Positions 19,624-29,459 of a DNA stretch of 64,000 bases are shown here, one piece after another. The stretch covers positions 22,832 through 86,831 of the forward strand of contig DDKM01000103.1 of the NCBI GenBank assembly GCA_002339345.1. Reading direction: 5' to 3'. The translations under genes were made by a program, and so were the position numbers. The notes below the pieces were generated by a model. That model worked only from the letters and a program-made list of their open reading frames with translations. It was not told where the DNA came from and did not search any database. This DNA is from Firmicutes bacterium UBA2598. GTDB taxonomy: Bacteria; Bacillota; PH28-bin88. Numbering within the stretch: the first letter of the stretch is position 1; every line of letters begins with the position of its first letter.

Positions 19624-20532
19624 TTACAGGTCCTTGCGGTTATACCCGAAGAAACGTAAATCCCCTTCCTTCTGGCGCCAGTCCTTCCTCACCTTTACCC
19701 ATAATTCCAGGAAAATCCTGCTGCCCAGCAAGTGTTCCATGTCCACCCTGGCCCGCTGGCCGATCTCCTTCAAAAGCTGCCCACCCTTGCCGATGAGGAT
19801 GCCCTTCTGGGATTCCCGCTCCACATAGATGTTGGCCCCCACATACAACAGACCGGAGGACCGCTCCTCCACCTGGGCCACCTCCACCGCCACCCCATGG
19901 GGAACTTCTTCCCTGGTAAGATGCAATACCTTTTCCCGGATCAATTCCGCCATGACAAACCGCTCCGGCTGGTCCGTCAGGGCATCGGCAGGATAATACT
20001 GGGGGCCCGGCGGTAAATAACCGATGACCAGGGATACCAGGCGATCCAGGTTGTCACCGGTAATGGCGGACACCGGCACTACCTCAGCAAAATGGCGCCG
20101 CCGGGACATATCATCGATGATGGCCAGCAGCCGGTCCTTTTTTACCAGGTCAGCCTTATTCACCACCAGGAAGACAGGTGTCTGCACTTCAGACAGCAGG
20201 GCAAGGATATACTCTTCCCCCGCCGCCACCTCCGCGCCGGCATCCAGGATATACAGGATAAGGTCCACTTCCTTCAAGGTCCGCACAGCGGCCTCCACCA
20301 TGTATTCACCCAGCCGGTGCCTGGGCTTATGCACACCAGGAGTATCGATGAAGACCACCTGGGCATCCTCCCGGGTGAGTACCGCCTTGATCTTGTTGCG
20401 GGTGGTTTGGGGCTTGTCGGACATGATGGCGATTTTGTGCCCCACCAACCGATTAACCAGGGTGGATTTCCCCACATTGGGCCGCCCCAGGACACATACA
20501 AAGCCGGACCGGAACTGGCCACTCACAGGCAT
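19624..20532 (-). CDS. era: GTPase Era
   Basis: 302 aa. G1 GRPNVGKST, DTPG, NKAD, and a C-terminal KH domain. Confidence 0.95.
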   Translation of the reverse strand: MPVSGQFRSGFVCVLGRPNVGKSTLVNRLVGHKIAIMSDKPQTTRNKIKAVLTREDAQVVFIDTPGVHKPRHRLGEYMVEAAVRTLKEVDLILYILDAGAEVAAGEEYILALLSEVQTPVFLVVNKADLVKKDRLLAIIDDMSRRRHFAEVVPVSAITGDNLDRLVSLVIGYLPPGPQYYPADALTDQPERFVMAELIREKVLHLTREEVPHGVAVEVAQVEERSSGLLYVGANIYVERESQKGILIGKGGQLLKEIGQRARVDMEHLLGSRIFLELWVKVRKDWRQKEGDLRFFGYNRKDL

Positions 20533-20942
20533 CCCTCCTCTGCCGGTTTACCTGGCCTGAAGACAAAGCCTGCCGGCAGGAGAACGCTCAGCGGCTCCAC
20601 CCGGCCGATGCCCTGGAGATTACCCATGACCACAATCATCTCGGAACCAAATTCCGCCAGCACCTGGCGGCAGGCCCCGCAGGGAACGCAATACCCATTG
20701 ACATCCGCCACCACCGCCAGGGCTACCAAATCCCTTTCCCCGGCGGATACCGCCTTGGCCACCGCCGTACGCTCCGCACAAATGGTAAGCCCGTAGGAAG
20801 CGTTTTCGATATTGCAGCCGGTGTAGACATTGCCGCTTCTGGCCTGTACCGCTGCCCCTACTGCAAAACCGGAATAGGGAGCATAGGCCATTTCCCTGGC
20901 TTGCAAAGCCTTTGCCATCAATTCCTGGTAATCCAAATCCAT
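20523..20942 (-). CDS. cdd: cytidine deaminase (the start could instead be 20978)
   Basis: MDLDYQELMAKALQAREMAYAPYSGFAVGAA...CAERTA...CVPCGACRQ aligns with B. subtilis Cdd from its first residue. The track ORF starts 12 aa earlier. Overlaps era by 10 nt. Confidence 0.85.
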   Translation of the reverse strand: MDLDYQELMAKALQAREMAYAPYSGFAVGAAVQARSGNVYTGCNIENASYGLTICAERTAVAKAVSAGERDLVALAVVADVNGYCVPCGACRQVLAEFGSEMIVVMGNLQGIGRVEPLSVLLPAGFVFRPGKPAEEGCL

Positions 20943-21041
20943 CCCTCCTATCACCGGATACGCCGTCACCTTCATCATGGCCCATGTCCTTAATAATTAC
21001 CCCGGTGCCCGGAGTTAGTCCGGCGCGCCGGGGTACAGGTT

Positions 21042-22097
21042 CTACTGGAAGGAAATTTTCATGCCTGTGGGCACCACCTGAAACCAGGTTTGCCCCGGTT
21101 TCAAGGCTACCGGCTGGCCTGCGGCGTCCAGGAACATTGTGGGGCTGCGCAGTCCCTCCTTCACCCACCTGCCGTTGTTAGCCACCCCATCCCGGAAGTA
21201 CAGGGCCTCCCCCTCCCCTTGGGTGGTGACCGCCAGGCGGCCATCCTTGTCAATGACCTTGGTGGGGGTGAACTGTACCACAATGTTGGCAGCGCGGAAC
21301 TGCTCACCGCTGGCACCATCGGTATGGGGCTTCCCACCCTGGAAGCGCAGGTAGGTGCCGCTTTCCGGGTGGAAGGTATAACTGACCTTGGTTGAACCGA
21401 GGGGATAGGGGATGATGATCTCGCGAGCCCCCTCACCCGGCCAGGTAGTTTCGCTAAAGGAATACCCTGCCTTGACCTCCACCCCCTGGGGCCACCGGCT
21501 GGCGGCCATTTCCCACAGGTTGGCGGTGGAGCTGAACAGATTATGGGGCTGTTTACGGTTTTTATCACGCCAGAAACCATTGGTTATGTAAGTTTCATCC
21601 AGGTGAGGGACCTGATGCTCCTTGAAATAACCGATGGTAGCTGGACTTTGGCCCACATGAACGTAGGCTGCGTTCAATTCAAGGGCCCGATCCACAAAAT
21701 AGGGGCGGGCGCTGCGGATTGGCCCCACCAACTCCGTCTCGCCGGTATAGAATACCGCCATCAGGCGGGTGATCCCGCCTTCCACCAGCATCTCGTACAC
21801 CACATCCGCTGCCGTCACCCCATAGTGGGGGCGTGCCACTGGGGCATTATCCAGCATCACCGCCAGGGGCATCCGTACCGGCAGGTTATCCACAGGCAGG
21901 CCGGTCAGAGGGTTGATGACCTGTACGGGAGAAGGATCGCTAACCCGCTGCGCCTGGACAGGTGGTGTGCCGGCCTGTGGTGGTGCGGCATCGTGGGATT
22001 TGCCGCAACCGGCCAAGGCCACCATTAGGGAAACTATTAGGAGGATTAAGGGTCCTGACCAAATTTTGCTTGGCAGCTTCGCCTGGAATGGGGGCAA
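21042..22097 (-). CDS. DUF3048 (YerB-like) lipoprotein
   Basis: Signal and lipobox LILLIVSLMVALAGC. The mature part matches DUF3048 N- and C-domains. The start (TTG at 22097 or GTG at 22103) follows GGGGAGG. Confidence 0.7.
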   Translation of the reverse strand: MPPFQAKLPSKIWSGPLILLIVSLMVALAGCGKSHDAAPPQAGTPPVQAQRVSDPSPVQVINPLTGLPVDNLPVRMPLAVMLDNAPVARPHYGVTAADVVYEMLVEGGITRLMAVFYTGETELVGPIRSARPYFVDRALELNAAYVHVGQSPATIGYFKEHQVPHLDETYITNGFWRDKNRKQPHNLFSSTANLWEMAASRWPQGVEVKAGYSFSETTWPGEGAREIIIPYPLGSTKVSYTFHPESGTYLRFQGGKPHTDGASGEQFRAANIVVQFTPTKVIDKDGRLAVTTQGEGEALYFRDGVANNGRWVKEGLRSPTMFLDAAGQPVALKPGQTWFQVVPTGMKISFQ

Positions 22098-22116
22098 GGT
22101 CACACCTCCCCTTGGT

Positions 22117-22494
22117 CTACCTTAAAATAAATTGGCGCACCCACTGCAACAGGGGATGCCAGAAAACCAGCAGTCCCATCGCCACCGAAGCCAGGGCGGC
22201 CAGCAGGACCACCCCTGCCGCCAGGTGCTTCACCCGGCGGGCCAGGGGATGGTATGCCGGGCTGACCAGGTCCACCAACCCCTCCAGGGCTGTATTGACT
22301 GTTTCCGCTACCAGTACCAGGGCGATGGCCAGCACCAGCCCCGCCATTTTTACCGGCCCCACCTGCAACAGCCACCCGGCCAGCAAAACTGCTCCGGCAC
22401 AGGCCAGGTGAAAGCGCATATTCCTTTCCAGTTCCACCGCCATCCGGACTCCGTCCAGGGCATCCGCCAGGCGCCTGCTAAACTTACGTTTCAA
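22117..22494 (-). CDS. dgkA: diacylglycerol/undecaprenol kinase
   Basis: 125 aa with 3 transmembrane segments. Signature VAETVNTALE. Confidence 0.85.
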   Translation of the reverse strand: MKRKFSRRLADALDGVRMAVELERNMRFHLACAGAVLLAGWLLQVGPVKMAGLVLAIALVLVAETVNTALEGLVDLVSPAYHPLARRVKHLAAGVVLLAALASVAMGLLVFWHPLLQWVRQFILR

Positions 22495-22500
22495 GGGACA

Positions 22501-22974
22501 TCACTCCCGTGCCAGGCCCAGGCGGCCCAACACCTCTTCTTCCCGCTGCCGCATCTGTATCTCCTGGGCTTCCTCCTGGTGGTCATAACCCAAAAGGTGC
22601 AGCAGGCCATGGACAGCCAGAAAAGCCACCTCCCGCTCCAGGGAGTGTCCAAAGTCTTTGGACTGCTGTACGGCGGTTTCCAGGGATATTACCACATCAC
22701 CCAGCAGTTCCTCCCATTCCGCCGCCTGGTAAGATGGTTCCTCTGCTCCCGTTTCCCGCATGGCAAAGGACAAGACATCGGTGGGACAGTCCAGGTGCCG
22801 GTAGTTATGGTTCAATTCCCGGATGGCAGCATCATCCACCAGGGTAATACCCACTTCCGCCTCCGGCGAAACCCCCTCCATGGCCAGCACCTCTGTGGTG
22901 ACCCTAGCCAGCAGATGTTCCATAGCAGGCGGCACTTCCACCTTATCCTGCCGATTTTGCACGAACAGCGGCAT
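22501..22974 (-). CDS. ybeY: rRNA maturation endoribonuclease YbeY
   Basis: Zinc motif HGLLHLLGYDH. Probable start at M13 of the track ORF (MPLFVQNRQ). Confidence 0.85.
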   Translation of the reverse strand: MPLFVQNRQDKVEVPPAMEHLLARVTTEVLAMEGVSPEAEVGITLVDDAAIRELNHNYRHLDCPTDVLSFAMRETGAEEPSYQAAEWEELLGDVVISLETAVQQSKDFGHSLEREVAFLAVHGLLHLLGYDHQEEAQEIQMRQREEEVLGRLGLARE

Positions 22975-25111
22975 CCTTGGCCTTTCTCCTTTCCATTTCC
23001 CGCAGGACATTCTCCGGGTATTCTATCCGGCTGTGGAACATGCCGTTCAAAACCCGAACAAAGGCCTGGGCAATCAGTTCCAGTTCCCGGAAAGTGAGTT
23101 CACTGTTTTCCAACTGCCCATCCTCCAGTTTTTCCTTGATAATCCGGCGCACCATCCCCTCCATGCGACCAGGTGATGCCTTTTGCATGGATCGCACCGC
23201 AGCTTCCACACTGTCCGCCAGCAGGACAATGGCCGCCTCCTTGCTCTGGGGCCGGGGGGTTTCATAGCGAAAATCCGCCTCTAAAATGGACTCGGTGCGG
23301 TCCTGTTCCATGGCTTTATGGTAGAAATAGGAGATGAGGCCGGTACCGTGATGTTGTTCAATAATTTGTGTAATCACCTCGGGCAGTTTATGTTCCCTGG
23401 CCAGTTCCAACCCATCCTTGACATGGGACGTGATGATCAGGGTACTCAAGGTGGGGGCAAGCTTATCATGGGGGTTGTCTACAGCAAACTGGTTCTCGAT
23501 GAAAAAGTATGGCCGCTTGACTTTGCCAATATCGTGGTAATAGGAACCCACCCTGGCCAGCAGGCCGTTGGCCCCCACCGCATCGGCGGCCGATTCCGCC
23601 ATGTTGCCCACCATCACACTGTGATGGTAAGTGCCGGGTGCTTCCATGAGCATTTTTTTCAGCAGTGGATGATTAGGATTGGACAACTCCAGCAACCGTA
23701 CGGAAGTGGTAATCCCAAAGGCGGTCTCCAAAAAGGGTAGGGAACCAATGCACAGGATAGTGGATAAAAACCCGTTTGCCACACCCATTAGCGCCCCCAC
23801 CGACAAGGCCGTCAGGGAGTCCTGCTGGATGAGGCTAAAAGCCATAATGGTACACAGGTTGGCCACAATAATGAATACAGACGCCCTGGCCAAATCTCCC
23901 CGCTGGCTCAAACCGGATACGCTGTAAACACCGGCCAGGCCGCTCACCACCCCGGCCACAGCGAAGTTGAATTGCCCGCCGGTAGCCAGGCCGGTGAAAA
24001 AGCCCATGATGACGGTACTAAAAATAGCCAACTTGGTATCCAGGAGGATGGCGATTAGCATGGATCCGGCAGCCACCGGGGCCAGATAACCCACCATGGC
24101 CGCCACTTCCGCGTTGCTCCCCAGGTTGATGGCGGCAAATCCCTTGGTAAACACCATGGTGGTGACCAGTAAAAGCCCCAGCAGCACAAAATGGGACTCC
24201 CGGTTATAGATTTCTTTTTTATGCTGGTAAACATACAGCAAAACCAGGACATAGCAAATCAACACCATCAGAGCCAGGCCGGCCAGGGGTGCGTATGGGG
24301 CCCGGGAGCGCAGCTCACCCAGGCGCTGCAAAGCCTCGATGTGGGCTTCGGTGACAATTTCCCCTTGGCCCACTATTTTTTGATTCTTTTTATAGTCCAC
24401 AAATACCGGTGTTACCGCTTCTTGGGCCAGCCGGATCATTCTGGCGGTACCTTCCATGTCATAGACCAAGTTGGGTTGAATGTCCAATGAGCTCAGAATC
24501 CCCTTGACGAACACGCCCAGGTGTTCATCCAGGCCCAGGCCGCCCACCTCTTCCATGATCCGTACCCGAGATGGTTCCACCGCCTCCAGCTGGATGCCGT
24601 TACCCATGACCCTGTTAATAATATCCAGGACATCCCTCTCCAGGGCGTCCAGTTTTTCTTCATCCTGGTCCAGAGCCGCCACCAGGGCGGCAAGGGGTAC
24701 ATTGATGTTACCCAGTTCTTCCTTCAGCCTTTGGGCCTTGGCCCGCATATCTCCGCCATTGGTAGACTTGACCTGCCGGACGGCGTTGATTTTGGCTGTA
24801 AAGGCTGCTCCCAGATCCCGTAATACCGCCTCGTCCACTTTATAGACAGGTTTGACCTGGTTGGCCGCTTCCTGCCTGGCCAGTTCGGTCTTCACTTCAC
24901 TGGCATAGTTGATGCTCATCCTGGCCTCAAAATTCCTGGGGCTGGGTTGGCCAACTTCCAAGGAGACATTCTTGGGAATGAAGTTGACACCCAAAAGGAT
25001 AGTGGTGGCACTAAAAAAAACGAAGCCCCACAACAGCCGGCGGACACTCAATTTAACCCACATCCGGTTAAATGGCTGGTTGATATAGGTTTTCCAGTAA
25101 TTACGACCCAC
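22943..25111 (-). CDS. pgpH: 7TM-receptor HD hydrolase (PgpH/YqfF family, cyclic-di-AMP phosphodiesterase-type)
   Basis: 722 aa. Large N-terminal extracellular domain, 7 transmembrane segments, and a C-terminal HD domain (HHSVMVGNMAESAA...HDIGK). Confidence 0.85.
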   Translation of the reverse strand: MGRNYWKTYINQPFNRMWVKLSVRRLLWGFVFFSATTILLGVNFIPKNVSLEVGQPSPRNFEARMSINYASEVKTELARQEAANQVKPVYKVDEAVLRDLGAAFTAKINAVRQVKSTNGGDMRAKAQRLKEELGNINVPLAALVAALDQDEEKLDALERDVLDIINRVMGNGIQLEAVEPSRVRIMEEVGGLGLDEHLGVFVKGILSSLDIQPNLVYDMEGTARMIRLAQEAVTPVFVDYKKNQKIVGQGEIVTEAHIEALQRLGELRSRAPYAPLAGLALMVLICYVLVLLYVYQHKKEIYNRESHFVLLGLLLVTTMVFTKGFAAINLGSNAEVAAMVGYLAPVAAGSMLIAILLDTKLAIFSTVIMGFFTGLATGGQFNFAVAGVVSGLAGVYSVSGLSQRGDLARASVFIIVANLCTIMAFSLIQQDSLTALSVGALMGVANGFLSTILCIGSLPFLETAFGITTSVRLLELSNPNHPLLKKMLMEAPGTYHHSVMVGNMAESAADAVGANGLLARVGSYYHDIGKVKRPYFFIENQFAVDNPHDKLAPTLSTLIITSHVKDGLELAREHKLPEVITQIIEQHHGTGLISYFYHKAMEQDRTESILEADFRYETPRPQSKEAAIVLLADSVEAAVRSMQKASPGRMEGMVRRIIKEKLEDGQLENSELTFRELELIAQAFVRVLNGMFHSRIEYPENVLREMERRKAKDAAVRAKSAG

Positions 25112-25132
25112 CTTGCGTCCTCCCCGAGCAAT

Positions 25133-26089
25133 TTACTGCATCTGGTCGTAGGCCTTGATAATTTGCTGGACTAGCGGATGGCGTACCACATCGGCCTCGG
25201 TAAGATACTGAAAGGAGATTCCCTTGATTCCCTTGAGTACCCGCTGGACGTCCACCAGGCCGGACACCACATCCCGGGGAAGATCAACCTGTGTCACATC
25301 CCCGGTGATCACCGCCTTGGAACTGAATCCAATACGCGTTAAAAACATCTTCATCTGTTCAGGCGTGGTGTTTTGCGCTTCATCCAGGATGATGAAGGAA
25401 TCATCCAGAGTCCGGCCCCGCATATAAGCCAGGGGGGCAATTTCGATGAGGGTTCGCTCCATGTACTTTTGGGCTGTATCCAGGCCGAGGACATCGTACA
25501 GGCCATCATATAGCGGACGCAGGTAGGGGTTCACCTTTTCCTGCAGGTCCCCGGGGAGGAAACCCAGCTTTTCACCGGCCTCCACCGCCGGCCGGGCCAG
25601 GATAATCCGGCTGACCTCCTTGTTTCGCAAAGCGGCCACCGCCATCACCACCGCCAGGTAGGTTTTACCTGTTCCGGCAGGCCCAATTCCAAAAACTATG
25701 TCGTGGTTTTTAATGGCACGAACATAATTTAGCTGGCCCAGGGTTTTCGGCTTAATTATTTTCCCCCTGGGTGTTGTGTATATGGTTTCGGAAAGGGCAT
25801 CGGCCAGACCGGGGCCCCCTTCCCTTTTTATTTGACCGAGGGCGTAATTGATCGTTCCCATGTTAATGGGAGTCCCCATCCTTGCCAGTGCCGCCAGTTC
25901 TTGAAAAAGATTGCCCACCAAGGCCACCTTTTCCGGCATACCGGTGATAATGACCTCATTCCCCCTGGCCACAATTTTGGCTTCACTCTTTTCCTGGATA
26001 TAGCGCAGGTGTTCGTCATGCCGGCCGAAAACCTCCGCCGCCTCGCCATTGGATCCAAGGTTAATGCGCACTTCCGCGGTATTGGTCAA
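25133..26089 (-). CDS. phoH: PhoH-like ATPase (YqfE/PhoH)
   Basis: 318 aa. N-terminal KH-like domain and P-loop GPAGTGKTYLAVVMA. Confidence 0.9.
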   Translation of the reverse strand: MTNTAEVRINLGSNGEAAEVFGRHDEHLRYIQEKSEAKIVARGNEVIITGMPEKVALVGNLFQELAALARMGTPINMGTINYALGQIKREGGPGLADALSETIYTTPRGKIIKPKTLGQLNYVRAIKNHDIVFGIGPAGTGKTYLAVVMAVAALRNKEVSRIILARPAVEAGEKLGFLPGDLQEKVNPYLRPLYDGLYDVLGLDTAQKYMERTLIEIAPLAYMRGRTLDDSFIILDEAQNTTPEQMKMFLTRIGFSSKAVITGDVTQVDLPRDVVSGLVDVQRVLKGIKGISFQYLTEADVVRHPLVQQIIKAYDQMQ

Positions 26090-26177
26090 TGTTGATGTAA
26101 ACCCCCCATAGGCAGATATTCACAAATCAATTATAGCGGGATAAACCACCGCCCACAACCATCAACATATGCCACCT

Positions 26178-27407
26178 TTACCTGTTTGGGGTGATAGGAA
26201 GCACCATACCGATATCCTCCAAGGTTTCCACCAGTACCCTTACCCTGGTGGTCCCTTCCCGGGAAGGGACCACCTGCACCTGGCGGTCCACCACCTTCGC
26301 CCCTTCCGGCAGTTCAGCCATGATCCTTTCCGTGGCCACCCGGGCTGCCTGTTCAGCAGCACCCGCCGCCCCCATTTCCGTGGTCCGCATTTCCACTTCA
26401 TGGTAGGTTGATTTAACTAGTTCGACGGTGAGGGGCAAATTCCTCCACCGAGGGAGGTAACTGAACTCTTCAAAGACGCGATAGGCCTGGTAGGACATGC
26501 GGGGCTTTTTTAAGATCACTTCTTTGTAGTTTAGTCTTATGCTCCATTGGGAGGTTTTGCGCCCTGTCGGTTTTTCCTCCACCAGGCTATGGGGATACTC
26601 TGCCACTGCCTCGTACCATACCCGGGCCCGCACAACTCCCCGGGCCCGTACATAACGGGTAGGCTGTGATGGGGAGGTGCCTTTCGGTACAGATGGGGGC
26701 TGTGGGCTCACTGCACCGCTGATTAACACCTGCCCCCTTTGCACCGTCTGTCCCTCAGTAACAACTGGTTCACCCATCAGCACCAGGATCTCCTGCACCA
26801 CCCCATCCCGGGTAGCCACCACATGGGCTGGAAGCCGCTTGTCCAGTTCAGGGGGAATCAACACCCTTTCCACCACCTGGATCCTGGCTCTGGTCCCATG
26901 GATTTCCACTCCTGTCCAGGCTAGCAAAGGGAACTGGTCTTCCAGCTGTATTTTCACATGGTCAACATCAACCTTGTTCCGCCAAACCCCCGGTCGCAAT
27001 CCTGCCCTGGCCGCCCTTTCCCTGATCTCCTCCTCCTTGACCAGGCTCAACCCTTCCGGTGCGGTGACATCCACAAACCAGATAAAGGAGGTAGCCAGGT
27101 ACAACATCAAGACAAACAGGGTGGCGCCGGCCACCATGGTGGAACGCCGGCGAAAATGGGCGATGGTAAAGGGGATTCCCCCCTTGTGGGTGATCCTAAC
27201 CCGACAGCTGGTCTGCCGTACCAGGGGCCGCAGGAAACGGAAGGAGTGCGGATGGGTTTTCATCACCACCAGATCACCGGGTTGCCTGGCGATGTCCCAC
27301 AGGCGAATACCTCGGCATAAGGCCAAGTTAATCAGCCTCTCCACCCCGGCCCCCTGCACTTGGATGACAATGTATCCACGGAGGTATTCCCACCGGTTAC
27401 TAACCAC
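26178..27407 (-). CDS. yqfD: sporulation protein YqfD (stage IV sporulation)
   Basis: 409 aa. N-terminal YqfD domain, a central transmembrane segment, and the yqfC-yqfD-phoH gene order. Confidence 0.8.
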   Translation of the reverse strand: MVSNRWEYLRGYIVIQVQGAGVERLINLALCRGIRLWDIARQPGDLVVMKTHPHSFRFLRPLVRQTSCRVRITHKGGIPFTIAHFRRRSTMVAGATLFVLMLYLATSFIWFVDVTAPEGLSLVKEEEIRERAARAGLRPGVWRNKVDVDHVKIQLEDQFPLLAWTGVEIHGTRARIQVVERVLIPPELDKRLPAHVVATRDGVVQEILVLMGEPVVTEGQTVQRGQVLISGAVSPQPPSVPKGTSPSQPTRYVRARGVVRARVWYEAVAEYPHSLVEEKPTGRKTSQWSIRLNYKEVILKKPRMSYQAYRVFEEFSYLPRWRNLPLTVELVKSTYHEVEMRTTEMGAAGAAEQAARVATERIMAELPEGAKVVDRQVQVVPSREGTTRVRVLVETLEDIGMVLPITPNR

Positions 27408-27434
27408 AACTCCTCACCCTGTTCCCCTGTACAC

Positions 27435-27746
27435 TTAAACTTCAAAGGCAATGGACTGGATGTAGCCATCCAGGATGATTTCATCTGTCAGGATGTTGCG
27501 TACTACCAGGTCATGGCCGCTAATGACCAGTTCACCGGAACTGATACTAACCCTGACCTTCACAGGAGTATATTCGATGAGCCCCCGGTGGTTTTCCACT
27601 TGGACCCGCATCTGGCCCACCAGCATGATCCTGGGCAGATCCAGCATTACTTCCGGCGGCAGTTCCAGCAAATCCGTCAGGGAACGCCTGATACGCCGGC
27701 TCCTTTGCTCCGCAATTTTCCTGTGCCGGGTTCCCACAGCCCCCAT
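27435..27746 (-). CDS. yqfC: sporulation protein YqfC
   Basis: 103 aa. LPPEVMLDLPRIMLVGQMRVQVENHRGLIEYT matches the YqfC family. Confidence 0.8.
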   Translation of the reverse strand: MGAVGTRHRKIAEQRSRRIRRSLTDLLELPPEVMLDLPRIMLVGQMRVQVENHRGLIEYTPVKVRVSISSGELVISGHDLVVRNILTDEIILDGYIQSIAFEV

Positions 27747-27812
27747 CTCCTTTCCCCCCGCTAACTATTGTTATGCCATCCATTCCCCATTCAGAAGAAA
27801 ATTTGGGAGACC

Positions 27813-27837
27813 GCTCCAGACGGTCTCCCATTGGTTG
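27813..27837 (-). terminator. intrinsic terminator after the yqfB-like gene (GGGAGACCG-CTCCAGA-CGGTCTCCC)
   Basis: Perfect 9-bp stem followed by a U-rich tract on the minus strand. Confidence 0.6.
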
Positions 27838-27861
27838 ATTATCTTTTATTGTAATAGTGGA

Positions 27862-28389
27862 TTAATGCCGCCCCCTGGCCAGCCGGCGGCGGGCCCTTGG
27901 CGGCCCAAGCACCTCCGCCATCACCACCGACCGGAGCAAATCATCGGCACCAAGGGGAAGCCCTAAGGCCAACTGCCCGAGTAACGGCTGGCCAGTGTTG
28001 AATTTCTCCCATGCCGGCTGCCTGGGTTCCTCCTCTCCATCACCCGGCAGGCTGCCGCGAGGCACCCTGGCCAGGTCGGTGCCAAACCCCTCGGTGCTCT
28101 TGAAATCATCCATGTCGGTATCCCTGGCACCGGAAGGTGCAGCAGCTACAGGCTTCTCTCCTTCTTCCTCCTCCAACATCTCCCAGATAAAGGGCGGCAG
28201 GGGCGGAAAATCCCGCGGAAAGGGACCCGGCGCCGGCAGTGGTTGCTGTTGCTCCTGCTGGGTAACCGGGGGTTGCAGCGGCGGCCGTTGCACCGGCGGC
28301 TGCGGCCGCCGGTTTTGCTTGCGCTGGGTTTCCCCCAGGGCCCGCATCAGGATGAACAAAGCGAAGGCGATTACAGCAAATAGGTCCAA
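27862..28389 (-). CDS. hypothetical membrane-anchored Pro/Gln-rich protein (positional equivalent of B. subtilis YqfB)
   Basis: 175 aa. One N-terminal transmembrane helix then a low-complexity PQPPVQRPPLQPP region, followed by an acidic region. Located between floA and yqfC. Confidence 0.45.
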   Translation of the reverse strand: MDLFAVIAFALFILMRALGETQRKQNRRPQPPVQRPPLQPPVTQQEQQQPLPAPGPFPRDFPPLPPFIWEMLEEEEGEKPVAAAPSGARDTDMDDFKSTEGFGTDLARVPRGSLPGDGEEEPRQPAWEKFNTGQPLLGQLALGLPLGADDLLRSVVMAEVLGPPRARRRLARGRH

Positions 28390-28407
28390 GGGATCACCCC
28401 TTCCCCT

Positions 28408-29442
28408 TTATTCTTCCTTGTTTTCCTTGACTCCGCTCTGACCGGGGCGTCCTTCGGAAGCGGTTACCCTGGCGATGCCATCACGCATCTGGGTGTCAGC
28501 CAGGATATTCTGCATGTTGTAATAATCCATCACACCCAGCCTGCCTTCCCTAAGGGCAGCAGCCATGGCCCTGGGTACCTCTGCTTCTGCTTCCACCACC
28601 TTAGCCCGCATTTCCTGCACCGCCGCCTTCATTTCCTGTTCCCTGGCGACAGCCATCGCCCGGCGTTCTTCCGCCTTGGCCTGGGCGATGCGCTTGTCCG
28701 CCTCCGCCTGATCGGTCTGCAGTTGGGCACCGATGTTGCGCCCTACGTCCACATCCGCAATATCTATGGAAAGGATCTCGAAGGCGGTACCGGCATCCAG
28801 CCCCTTGTTCAAAACGGTCTGGGAAATACGGTCGGGGTTTTCCAGCACCTCCTTGTGGGTTTCCGCCGAGCCGACGGTGGTAACGATACCTTCACCCACC
28901 CGGGCGATGATGGTTTCCTGCCCTGCACCACCAACCAAACGATCGATATTGGCCCGCACCGTTACCCGGGCTTTAACCCGCACTTCAATGCCATCCTTGG
29001 CCACTGCAGCAACGATAGGTGTTTCGATAACCTTGGGGTTAACGCTCATTTGCACCGCTTCCAGTACATTCCGGCCAGCCAGGTCAATAGCCGCTGCTCG
29101 CTCAAAGGCCAGGGGAATATTGGCCCGTTCGGCGGCAATGAGGGCATCCACCACCCGGTCCACATTACCACCGGCCAGGTAGTGGGCTTCCAGCTGGTTG
29201 ACGGAAACGGTAAGGCCAGCCTTGTCTGCTTTAATGAGGGGATTGACAATGCGAGAGGGGATGACCCGCCGCAGGCGCATGCCCACCAGGGTGAAAATGC
29301 CAACCCTTACTCCCGCCGCCAGGGCGGAAATCCATAGCCCTACCGGGATGAAGGTAAAGATGATCATAATGGCCATCAATCCCAGTACCACAAACACCAA
29401 CATTGTTAAGGCCGCCAGTTCCATTACATTGAACACCTCCAC
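28408..29442 (-). CDS. floA: flotillin-like SPFH/band-7 protein FloA (YqfA)
   Basis: 344 aa. Matches the B. subtilis FloA N-terminus ([34 protein letters not shown]). Confidence 0.9.
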   Translation of the reverse strand: MEVFNVMELAALTMLVFVVLGLMAIMIIFTFIPVGLWISALAAGVRVGIFTLVGMRLRRVIPSRIVNPLIKADKAGLTVSVNQLEAHYLAGGNVDRVVDALIAAERANIPLAFERAAAIDLAGRNVLEAVQMSVNPKVIETPIVAAVAKDGIEVRVKARVTVRANIDRLVGGAGQETIIARVGEGIVTTVGSAETHKEVLENPDRISQTVLNKGLDAGTAFEILSIDIADVDVGRNIGAQLQTDQAEADKRIAQAKAEERRAMAVAREQEMKAAVQEMRAKVVEAEAEVPRAMAAALREGRLGVMDYYNMQNILADTQMRDGIARVTASEGRPGQSGVKENKEE

Positions 29443-29459
29443 ATTTTTGTTCTGTTACT

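Noticed and set aside
20620-21168. 182-aa ORF overlapping cdd and the DUF3048 lipoprotein gene
   Set aside because: It is an alternative frame of two well-supported genes, with a Gly/Arg-rich low-complexity product.
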